Assembly: GCA_963716395.1 (NCBI GenBank)
Contig: OY970309.1
Location: 32,001 to 96,000, forward strand
Source: an uncultured Fibrobacteria bacterium
Lineage (GTDB): Bacteria; Fibrobacterota; Fibrobacteria; UBA11236
Direction: 5' to 3'
Length of the DNA: 64,000 bases
The notes under the pieces are model-generated. The model did no database searches, was not told the origin of the DNA, and worked only from the letters and a program-made list of their open reading frames with translations. A program made the translations under genes and the position numbers. Positions 39,132 through 47,556 of the stretch are shown one piece after another (within the stretch, counting starts at the first letter, position 1; every line of letters begins with the position of its first letter).

Positions 39132-41735
39132 ATGATGGAAGCAAATATTTCCCCGTCCGAAAAACCGCCTTCGCGGCTGCGCCGTGGCATTCGCGCTTAT
39201 ATCGAATTTTCGTACCGGCATCACATCGCCATCGTCATGGCCTCGATGGTCGTAGCCGGCCTGGGCATCTGGTCGGCCACGCGCATCCGCCTCGACGCGA
39301 ATCTGCAGGCCCTGCTGCCGCGCAACACCGAAACCATCCGCGCCATGAACGAGGCCAACAAGCGCTACGGCAGTTCCGATCTGTTCACCATCGCCATCGT
39401 GATGCGCAATCCGGACACCGTGGCGAAAATCCAGGATTCCATTCAGGCCCGGTTGCAGAGCACCTGGCCCGACGTCATGTACGTACAAACCACGCGCGAC
39501 AACACCTTTTTCAAAAACCACGCGCTGTTGTACCTGCCCTCGAAGTACCTGAAGGACATCGAAAGCAAGCTTTCGCACTTGAAGTTGAACCTGGGCATGC
39601 AAACCCCGCTGGGCGCCGACCTGTTGGACGACACCACTGCGGCGACGACGGAAAAGCCCATCACCTGGTTCAACGACAGCATTCCCCAGCAATTGGGTTT
39701 GCCTGATGAAGCCGCCGACGCTTTTTCCGCCTTTTTCAAAAACAAAAACCCGGGCTCCGCGGTAGCATACGATCCCAAAGCCGGCATCCCCGATGCGTTG
39801 AAAGCGCGGCTCATCGGCATGACCCGCGACGGACGCTGCGTGGGCCTGGTGCAGGCGGTGCTGAAATACCCCAGTTCTAACATCGATTACGTCAAAACCG
39901 TACTGGCCCGCACGCAAAAATTGCTGCAACCCTTCCGCGCCCATTACGGCCCGGCGCTGAACATCGGCGTCGAAGGCCCCTATGAGGGATTGGAAGAGGT
40001 GAATTCGCTGGCCCGCAACGGCATGATCGCCACCATCATTTCGGTGGGACTGAACATTTTAATTCTGCTGCTGTATTTTCGCAGCATCGCTCCGGTGATG
40101 ATGGTCGGCTGGCAGGCGGTGTTTTCGTGCATTCTCACCTTGACGGCCACCGCGTTGACCTATGGGCGCATGAACCTGTACACGGTTTTCGTAATCGCCA
40201 TTCTCTTCGGCATGGGCACCGACTTCTCCATCTACGTGGTGGGGTATGCCCAGAAACTGGTGCGGGCCGGCCGCAGTTGGCTCGAAGCGCTGGAAGAAAC
40301 CTGGGATGCGCTTTTCTTCTCCCTGGTGGTGCACGCCACCACCACCATCGCGGGCCTTTTAACCTTGCGGGTTTCGAAATTCGTGGGCTTCTACGAGTTC
40401 GGCATCATCGCCAGCATCGGCGTGGCCGTGAGCATTTCCGCCGCGTTTTTCACCATGCCGGCCTTCATTTTCTTATGGGATCGCGCTTACCGGCGTTATC
40501 CCCACATCTGGCCGTCTTTGAGCCACTCCATTTTGCGCATCCGTTTCCCCGCGCGCCTGTGGAAAGGCGAGGGCTTCGGCTTCGTAAAAGCCAGCGCCAC
40601 CGTGATCGGGTTGGGCACTTTGTTCCTGGCCTTTTTCGTGCCCCGCGTACACTTCGAATACAACTTCGACAATTTGCGCGACACCCAGGACGTGGTGGAT
40701 CACAACCGACCCATCAACGTGGCGTTGAACAGCCACCGCACCAGCAGCCAACCCGTGGTGGTGATGGCCAAGGATTCGGCCGCCATGGTGGCGCTGTACG
40801 ACACCTTGTTGAACCGGTTGACCGTGGAGAAAGATCCCTACCTGCGCAGTTTTCTGACCCTCACCACCTTCGTGCCGCCGACCGCGGCGCAGCAGCGGCG
40901 CATGGCATACATCCGTCGCATCGGCGACATCGTGCAGGCGCGCATCTTCGATCGCGCCCAGGGCGAGGACTCGGCCATGATCGCGAAGCTGCGCGATCTC
41001 ACGAAAACCCAACCCTTTTCCAGCCGTGACATTCCGGCGTGGGCGCTCAATCTCTTGCGCGAACGCGACGGATCTTACGGCAAGATCGGATTCATCTACG
41101 GTAATTACAATTCCTCCAACGCCATCGAAGCCGGCAATTTCCAAGACCGCTACGGCCATTTCGACATCAACGGCGAACATTTGGCCGCCTACTCTTCCAG
41201 CTTTATCTTCAGCGACCTGATGCGCATCGTCAAGGCCGACAGCGTCAAGATTTTCGCCAGTATGCTCGTGATTCTCGTGGTGTTGCTGGCGTGGATTCTA
41301 CGCGATCGGCGGCTGCTGCTCATTTGCAGCATCGAACTGGCCGTGGGCGTGATTTGGATTTTAGGCCTGATGGGTCTGACCGGACTCAAGGTGGGAGCGT
41401 TCAACCTCATCGTGATTTCCGATCTGCAGGGCTACAGCGTGAACGTCTGCACCTATTTGCTGCTCGCCTATATGCGGCTGGGCCGCCATCGCCTGCGCGA
41501 ACTGTATGCGAACATCGGCGTGCTGGTGGGCGTGAGCACCTTGACCACCACGGCCGGGTATGCGGGCATGCTGTTCACCAGCCATCTGGGCATCATCAGC
41601 ATCGGCAAATTCGCGGTGCTGGGCCTGCCCACCCTGCTGTTCACCTCGTTGGGCCTGACGCCTTGGCTGTGCATGAAATTTATTCCCGACAGCAAAGTCC
41701 GGGAATCGAATTCCGTCGACGCCTTGCCGACCTGA
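39132..41735 (+). CDS. MMPL/RND family transporter (HpnN-like)
   Basis: DANLQALLP, two TM bundles with large periplasmic loops, ILFGMGTDF, TTTIAG, TLTTTAGY. Confidence 0.85.
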   Translation: MMEANISPSEKPPSRLRRGIRAYIEFSYRHHIAIVMASMVVAGLGIWSATRIRLDANLQALLPRNTETIRAMNEANKRYGSSDLFTIAIVMRNPDTVAKIQDSIQARLQSTWPDVMYVQTTRDNTFFKNHALLYLPSKYLKDIESKLSHLKLNLGMQTPLGADLLDDTTAATTEKPITWFNDSIPQQLGLPDEAADAFSAFFKNKNPGSAVAYDPKAGIPDALKARLIGMTRDGRCVGLVQAVLKYPSSNIDYVKTVLARTQKLLQPFRAHYGPALNIGVEGPYEGLEEVNSLARNGMIATIISVGLNILILLLYFRSIAPVMMVGWQAVFSCILTLTATALTYGRMNLYTVFVIAILFGMGTDFSIYVVGYAQKLVRAGRSWLEALEETWDALFFSLVVHATTTIAGLLTLRVSKFVGFYEFGIIASIGVAVSISAAFFTMPAFIFLWDRAYRRYPHIWPSLSHSILRIRFPARLWKGEGFGFVKASATVIGLGTLFLAFFVPRVHFEYNFDNLRDTQDVVDHNRPINVALNSHRTSSQPVVVMAKDSAAMVALYDTLLNRLTVEKDPYLRSFLTLTTFVPPTAAQQRRMAYIRRIGDIVQARIFDRAQGEDSAMIAKLRDLTKTQPFSSRDIPAWALNLLRERDGSYGKIGFIYGNYNSSNAIEAGNFQDRYGHFDINGEHLAAYSSSFIFSDLMRIVKADSVKIFASMLVILVVLLAWILRDRRLLLICSIELAVGVIWILGLMGLTGLKVGAFNLIVISDLQGYSVNVCTYLLLAYMRLGRHRLRELYANIGVLVGVSTLTTTAGYAGMLFTSHLGIISIGKFAVLGLPTLLFTSLGLTPWLCMKFIPDSKVRESNSVDALPT

Positions 41736-41850
41736 GCGGCGCTCAACCGGGGTTGGGAAGAACCAGGGGAAAGCCCCCTTGAAGAATGCGGTAGCGTTAG
41801 AGTAGCCTCGGTTTGACATGCCGAGCAGGCAGCGTCAGGGAGGCGCCTGG

Positions 41851-43596
41851 GTGAAAATCCCCTTTCGCGCACGGTTTGCATGTTCCCCATCCTGGGGGTT
41901 GGCGGGCATGTTTCTTTGCACCGCGGTAGGTTCAGCCTCCCCCCAGACCATCCGGAACGATCAATTCTGGAAAGATGAGAGCGGCAATCCCATCTACTCC
42001 CAAGGCGGCGGGGTCTGCAAATTCGGATCCACCTGGTATTGGTACGGCGTCCACTACACGGGGGCGGAGGAGTACTTCGCCCACCCCACCGCCAGGAATT
42101 CCGACACCCAGTTCGTGGCCGTCACCTGCTATTCTTCGACGGATCTGGTGAACTGGAAATTCGAGGGTAACGTGCTGGATTCCTCTTCGGCCAGCCTGCC
42201 CGGGACCGGTTGGCTGGGTCGCCTGGGTGTGGCGTACAACGCCCCGACCCAGAAATACGTGCTGGTGACCGAGTATTCCGGGACGCATGGAGCAGGGGAG
42301 CTGTTCGCGACTTCCTCCACGCCGAACGGGAAGTTCGCGTTCAACCGGGTCCAAAGCTCGATCTCCAACGTGGCCAATTCCACCGCCGGCGATCAGACGA
42401 TTTTTGTCGACGACGACGGTGCGGCCTATCTGATCTGTTCTTCCAGCAGCGGGCGGGCCTATCTGTATGTGGCCGCCCTGCGCGCCGCCGACTACCTGAA
42501 TGTGGAACCGGCCACGCAGATCGCCAAAACGGCGGGCCGTGAGGGCAATTGCATGTTCAAGCATCGCGGCCGATACTACTTCTGCTCTTCCGATCTGCAC
42601 GGCTGGAACGCCTCGCACACCTATGTGATCTCGGCCACCAGCATCACCGGTCCCTATTCCTCCGAGTCGGTGATGGGAACCACCGACATGGACTTCAGCC
42701 ATGTGAGCCAGTCGGGATTCTTCGTGAGCGTGCCGGGCTCCGTCGATACCACGGTGATCTTCGCCGGCGACCGCTGGTCGGATTTCGCCGGCAACGGGCT
42801 CGGCTACAACCAATGGTGCCCGCTCGCATTCGAAGGAGACGCGCCTTCCATGAATTCACTGTCGGCATGGAACCTCGACGCCCAGACCGGAACCTTCACC
42901 GTGGGGAGCGGGAACAATTGGGTGCTGAATCCGGGCTTCGAGGCCGACCGCGTTCTGCAAACCGCGCTGGCGGGCTGGACCGACTCCACCGATCAAGCGG
43001 CTTTCCCCGGGGGAAATGTGGCCGCCGGACATACCGGACGCTACGCCTTGGTCCAATCCGATTCCGTCGCCTATCGGGCCAAGCAGTCGCAGCCAATCAC
43101 CGGGCTGCCCGCAGGCCGGTACACGCTTTCCGCCTGGGTCCGCAGCAGTGGGGGTCAGAACACGTGCGTGGTGTATGCCCTGACTTCCACCGGAGACGCA
43201 TACGATCTGGACGCCTCCGGCACCATCCCCGACTGGAAGCAGTTGGCGGTATCGGGCATTCCCGTCACCGACGGCCGGCTCGAAGTCGGCGTTCGTTCCC
43301 TCGCCCATGCCGGCAATTGGGTGCGCGTGGACGATCTATCCTTGGTCCAGGAAAATCCCACGGGCTTGGTTCGCCTCACCGCGCGTGACCGGGAATCCCT
43401 TCCGCGCAGGGTCTTGGCGGATCTTCCCTTCACGCTTGTGCCGGGTACCGAAGCCGACCTCTTCGAAGCATCGGGCGTGTGGCGCGGACGGATCTCGGGA
43501 GCAGGCGTCTCGTTCCGTCTGCACGACCTCGGATATGCGGCGGGCGCTTACTTACTGCGCGTCCGCTCCGTCCCCTTTTCCCCGATCTATCCCTGA
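41851..43596 (+). CDS. GH43 glycoside hydrolase (galactanase-like) with CBM-like domain and C-terminal tail
   Basis: IYSQGGG, YSSTDLVNWKFEG, GDQTIFVDDDG, GREG, FAGDRWSDF; NPGFEAD CBM start; tail GAYLLRV. Start uncertain. Confidence 0.82.
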   Translation: MKIPFRARFACSPSWGLAGMFLCTAVGSASPQTIRNDQFWKDESGNPIYSQGGGVCKFGSTWYWYGVHYTGAEEYFAHPTARNSDTQFVAVTCYSSTDLVNWKFEGNVLDSSSASLPGTGWLGRLGVAYNAPTQKYVLVTEYSGTHGAGELFATSSTPNGKFAFNRVQSSISNVANSTAGDQTIFVDDDGAAYLICSSSSGRAYLYVAALRAADYLNVEPATQIAKTAGREGNCMFKHRGRYYFCSSDLHGWNASHTYVISATSITGPYSSESVMGTTDMDFSHVSQSGFFVSVPGSVDTTVIFAGDRWSDFAGNGLGYNQWCPLAFEGDAPSMNSLSAWNLDAQTGTFTVGSGNNWVLNPGFEADRVLQTALAGWTDSTDQAAFPGGNVAAGHTGRYALVQSDSVAYRAKQSQPITGLPAGRYTLSAWVRSSGGQNTCVVYALTSTGDAYDLDASGTIPDWKQLAVSGIPVTDGRLEVGVRSLAHAGNWVRVDDLSLVQENPTGLVRLTARDRESLPRRVLADLPFTLVPGTEADLFEASGVWRGRISGAGVSFRLHDLGYAAGAYLLRVRSVPFSPIYP

Positions 43597-43789
43597 AGCT
43601 CGCGGTTCACCGGCGGAGTTGGAGCCGTGGGCGCTTTATCTCCGCTATTAACGCAACGCGGGACAGGTGGAAACAAAAGTGCCCAACCGCCGGAAATTTT
43701 TCTCACTTCCGCAAACCTCCCGCGCCTACTTTCACCTTCAGGATGGCGGACCGAGCATGCGCCACTCCCTGGAACCGAATGGGGCCCCC

Positions 43790-44977
43790 ATGAACCGGAT
43801 TTTCACCTTCTGTCTGACGAACTTTTTTCTGGCCGCCGCCGCCTCGGCGGCATCGGTCAACGACCAACCCGGAGGTTGGGCCTCAATGAACGGCGGCACC
43901 ACGGGCGGCGCCGGAGGCACGGAAGTGACCGTCACCACCATGGCCGATTTGCAGAAGTACGCCCAGATGTCGGGGAAATACATCATCTGGGTGCAAGGCG
44001 TCATGGGTTCCTATGGAACCAGCGGTTCATCCGACGGTGACCGCGTAGTCGTGGCCTCCGATAAATCCATTCTGGGCTTGCCCGGGGCCGAAGTGAAGGG
44101 CGGCTTCGACCTGCAAAAAGGGGTGAGCAACATCATTCTCCGCAACCTCAAGGTGCAGGGACCGGGCGCCATCGACGTGAACGGATTGGATGCCGTGCAC
44201 ATTCAACAAGACGTGAAAAACGTCTGGGTGGACCACATGGATATCGCCGATGGCGAGGACGGAAACCTCGACATCACCCATGCCTGCGATTACATCACCA
44301 TCAGTTGGACCAAGTTCACCTACTCCTCGCTTTCGGAGCCTTCGGGCGTTTCGGGAAAATCGCATCGGTTCTGCAATCTGATCGGGCATTCCGACAACAA
44401 TGCCGCCGAGGATTCGGGGCATCTGCTCGTCACCTTTTACAAGACTTGGTGGGCCGACGGAGTCGCCGAGCGCATGCCCCGGGTGCGTTTCGGCCAGGTG
44501 CATGTGGCCAACTGCCTTTTCACCAGCCAGGATCCGGGGCAGAATTATTGCATCCGCGCTTGCCACCGCTCGAATATTCTGGCCGAAGGCAACGCCTTTA
44601 TCGGACAGAAGTTGCCCATCGACACCATCTACGACACCACCTTTACCGCCATCACGGTGCGGAACAACCTCTTTACCAACTGCACGGGCAACACATCCGG
44701 AAGCCGCAAAGGAGTCACCTTCACCCCGCCCTACGCGGCCCTAACGCTCTCCGCACCGGCGGATGTGCAGGCGGAAGTCGGCAATCCCACCAGTGGAGCC
44801 GGCGCCACCCTGACCTGGGGCAATGCCGTGGCCATCGCCCCTCCGTGGCCGAAGGCGAGCGCCGCCGCAAAAATCTTGCGCCTGGTCGATGTCGCCGGCC
44901 GCATCCTCGCTCCCCGCCAAGTGCAATCGGTCGCAACCTGGCCGGCTTTCGGCGCCGGCATCGCGGTGAGGAAATGA
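43790..44977 (+). CDS. Pectate lyase (PL1)
   Basis: Signal peptide; GGTTGGAGG, NIILRNL, VWVDH, DGNLDI, RMPRVRFGQVHVAN. Confidence 0.92.
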   Translation: MNRIFTFCLTNFFLAAAASAASVNDQPGGWASMNGGTTGGAGGTEVTVTTMADLQKYAQMSGKYIIWVQGVMGSYGTSGSSDGDRVVVASDKSILGLPGAEVKGGFDLQKGVSNIILRNLKVQGPGAIDVNGLDAVHIQQDVKNVWVDHMDIADGEDGNLDITHACDYITISWTKFTYSSLSEPSGVSGKSHRFCNLIGHSDNNAAEDSGHLLVTFYKTWWADGVAERMPRVRFGQVHVANCLFTSQDPGQNYCIRACHRSNILAEGNAFIGQKLPIDTIYDTTFTAITVRNNLFTNCTGNTSGSRKGVTFTPPYAALTLSAPADVQAEVGNPTSGAGATLTWGNAVAIAPPWPKASAAAKILRLVDVAGRILAPRQVQSVATWPAFGAGIAVRK

Positions 44978-45021
44978 CTTCTCAAAAGTGAACCCGGCGG
45001 CTTCCGGCCGGCGCGAAACTG

Positions 45022-45387
45022 TTACTGGGCCTGAAGAAATTCAACACGGTTGCCGAAAGGATCGCGGGTTTCGAAGCGGATAAATCCCGGAATCGGCAGG
45101 CCGGGCAAAATGGCGAAGCCCGCTTCGCGCAGGCGGGTTTCGACCGCCGCCAAATCATCGACCTCGTAAGCGACATGGGCCTTGGTGGCCTGTCGGTCGA
45201 CGCCGTCTTCGACACCCACGTGCACCGCGAGGTTACCCGTGGCCAACCAGAACCCGCCGCGGGCTTCCAGCAGCGGCGGTTTGGGGATTTCGCGCAGGCC
45301 CAGCAGGCCGGCGTAAAATTCGCGGGCCCGATCTTCCTGTGCCCGGGGCACGGTGATTTGCACATGTTGCAGACCCAGAATGCGCAT
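45022..45387 (-). CDS. VOC/glyoxalase family protein
   Basis: LQHVQITVP, FYAGLLGLREIPKP, KAHVAY, DPFGNRVEF. Confidence 0.9.
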   Translation of the reverse strand: MRILGLQHVQITVPRAQEDRAREFYAGLLGLREIPKPPLLEARGGFWLATGNLAVHVGVEDGVDRQATKAHVAYEVDDLAAVETRLREAGFAILPGLPIPGFIRFETRDPFGNRVEFLQAQ

Positions 45388-45473
45388 AGCGGTTGCTTCC
45401 CATGCAAAGATACCCGCCTCCGCAGCGGGATGCGCCGACTTCTTACTTTTTCCGAAATCTCAAAGGAGCCGGC

Positions 45474-46670
45474 ATGTCCCTTGATCCCGAAGCCTGGCGC
45501 GCGCTCACGCGCGGCGTGGTCGAAACCGTTCCCGAAGAGGAGTTTCGCGCCAAGTTGGCGCGCGGAACCCCCCTGCGCGTCAAGCTGGGCGTCGACCCCA
45601 CGGCGCCCGACATTCATCTCGGGTTCACCGTGGTCATGCGCAAGCTGCGCCAATTTCAGGATCGCGGACATCACGTCATTCTCATCGTGGGCGATTACAC
45701 GGCCACGGTGGGCGACCCGTCGGGCAAGAACAAGACGCGGCCCATTCTCAGCCATGACGAGGTGCTGCACAACGCCGAAACCTACAAGCGGCAATTCTTC
45801 AAAATCGTCGACCCGGAAAAAACCGAGGTGGTGTACAACGGCACCTGGTTTTCCCAGATGACCTTTGCCGAGGTCACGCGGCTGATGTCGGAAATCACCG
45901 TGGCGCAAATGTTGGAGCGCGAGGATTTTCACAACCGCTATCGCAACGGGCAGCCGATTTCGCTGCATGAATTCCTCTATCCCATGATGCAGGCGTACGA
46001 CTCGGTGCGCATCAACGCCGACGTCGAACTCGGGGGCATGGATCAAAAGTTCAATGTGCTGCGCGGCCGCGAATTGCAGCGCGCTCTGGGCAAGGAGCCG
46101 CAGGTGGGCATGTTTTTGCCCATTCTGCTCGGGACCGACGGCCATGAGAAGATGAGCAAAAGCCTGGGCAATACCATCGGCATCGACGAGGCTCCGCAAG
46201 CCATGTACCACAAGTTGTACGCGTTGCCCGACGCTTTGGTGGAAAGCTATTTCGAATTGCTCACCGACACACCCCTGGACGAAATACGGAAGAAACTCGA
46301 TGACCTCGGGCGCGGCGCCTCGAATCCGAACGCCTTAAAAGACGAACTGGCCCGCACCATCGTGACGCAATACCATGGCGCCGAGGCCGCGGAGAGCGCA
46401 GCCCAGTCGGAACGACGCGTGCATGCCGGGGAAATCGTACCCGAAGACGCACCCACAGTCGACGTCGAAACCGGCGAGCATTGGGTGCCCGCCTTGCTGG
46501 TGCGCGCGGGGCTGGTCAAAAGCAACGGCGAAGGCCGGCGCTTGATCGAGAACGGAGGCGTGTCTTTCGACGGTGAGAAAGTTTCCGATGCCGCGACCAA
46601 GGTGCGCGTGTCGGGCGAACACGTGCTGCGCGCCGGCAAACGGAATTTCGTGAAGGTGCGCGCGGCTTAA
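45474..46670 (+). CDS. tyrS: Tyrosine--tRNA ligase
   Basis: AAGGAG RBS; KLGVDPTAPDIHLGF, YPMMQAYDS, KMSKS, C-terminal S4 domain. Confidence 0.96.
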   Translation: MSLDPEAWRALTRGVVETVPEEEFRAKLARGTPLRVKLGVDPTAPDIHLGFTVVMRKLRQFQDRGHHVILIVGDYTATVGDPSGKNKTRPILSHDEVLHNAETYKRQFFKIVDPEKTEVVYNGTWFSQMTFAEVTRLMSEITVAQMLEREDFHNRYRNGQPISLHEFLYPMMQAYDSVRINADVELGGMDQKFNVLRGRELQRALGKEPQVGMFLPILLGTDGHEKMSKSLGNTIGIDEAPQAMYHKLYALPDALVESYFELLTDTPLDEIRKKLDDLGRGASNPNALKDELARTIVTQYHGAEAAESAAQSERRVHAGEIVPEDAPTVDVETGEHWVPALLVRAGLVKSNGEGRRLIENGGVSFDGEKVSDAATKVRVSGEHVLRAGKRNFVKVRAA

Positions 46671-46716
46671 AAAGCGGTGCGGCCCGGAAGAAGGTCGCCG
46701 GTTTTGAAACGAGCAA

Positions 46717-46752
46717 CCCCGTCCGCCTAAGGCGGACCTCCGGCGGACGGGG
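46717..46752. repeat. Nested palindrome (REP/MITE-like or terminator-like)
   Basis: CCCCGTCCGCC pairs with GGCGGACGGGG (46742-46752); an alternative inner hairpin GTCCGCC-TAA-GGCGGAC is also possible. Confidence 0.65.
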
Positions 46753-46829
46753 AATTAGACCCGAGGGTGAATGAATGCCGAAGCCGCGGAAAAGGCGGCC
46801 TTGGAAAGAAGAAGTGGCATCGGTCCGAA

Positions 46830-46852
46830 TTCAGTGCTATTTTCAGTACTAT
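46830..46852 (+). promoter_or_regulatory. Candidate TA operator (direct repeat)
   Basis: TTCAGTGCTAT / TTCAGTACTAT at a 12-bp period, running into the antitoxin ATG. Confidence 0.5.
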
Positions 46853-47135
46853 GAAAACCTCCCATGTCTACCCCATCACTGACCTCAAGACCCGAACCGG
46901 CGACCTGGTACGCGAGGTGGCGGAAAGCGGTGAGTCGGTTGTAATCACGCAAAACGGAAGACCGAAAGTGGTGGTCATGGGTGCCAAGCAGCATGATCAA
47001 ATGCAAGAAACCCTGGCCATGCTGAAATTGCTGGCCCAAAGCCAGGATTCCGTGGCCCGTGGCGAAAAGCTTGTCTCCGGCAAGGAATCCCGCCGCCGGG
47101 CCCATGCCGTATTGAAACGGCTCGCGAAGAAGTGA
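46851..47135 (+). CDS. Phd/YefM family antitoxin
   Basis: YPITDLK...VVITQNGRPKVVVM...QETLAMLKLLA. Confidence 0.9.
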   Translation: MKTSHVYPITDLKTRTGDLVREVAESGESVVITQNGRPKVVVMGAKQHDQMQETLAMLKLLAQSQDSVARGEKLVSGKESRRRAHAVLKRLAKK

Positions 47136-47464
47136 GCCGCGGCCGATACACCATCGCGTGGACGGAAACGGCGGCCAGGGATTTGGAACGGCTGGCCGTT
47201 TACCTTGAGACGGAAACGCCCCTGCGGGCCGGGGAAATCATCGACCGCATCGTTGCGCGTGCGGATGCTTTGGCAACTTCACCCTTGCGCGGCCGGACAC
47301 CTCTCGAATTGGAATCCATCGGCGATCGATCCTGGCGGGAAGTGGTGGAAGCACCGTGGCGCATCCTTTACAAAGTCGGTTCGGAGCGGGTTGAAATCCA
47401 CGGGGTTTGGGACGGCCGACGCAGCCTGCAGGACATTCTCATGGAGAGATTGCTGCGTGGATGA
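47132..47464 (+). CDS. RelE/ParE family toxin
   Basis: YTIAWTETAARDLERL...PLRGR...PWRILYKV...VWDGRR; overlaps the antitoxin stop. Confidence 0.88.
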   Translation: MSRGRYTIAWTETAARDLERLAVYLETETPLRAGEIIDRIVARADALATSPLRGRTPLELESIGDRSWREVVEAPWRILYKVGSERVEIHGVWDGRRSLQDILMERLLRG

Positions 47465-47486
47465 GAGGCACAAAGCGGGCGACGGT

Positions 47487-47549
47487 GTGCAGTGCGCCGG
47501 CAAACCGAATTTCGTGAAGATGCGCACGGTGAAAGTGCGCGCGGGTTAA
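47487..47549 (+). repeat. Degenerate duplication of the tyrS 3' end
   Basis: 47487-47529 matches 46623-46665 at 38/43 nt, followed by a second partial copy gtgaaagtgcgcgcgggttaa matching the last 21 nt of tyrS at 19/21. Confidence 0.85.
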
Positions 47550-47556
47550 CACCGCC

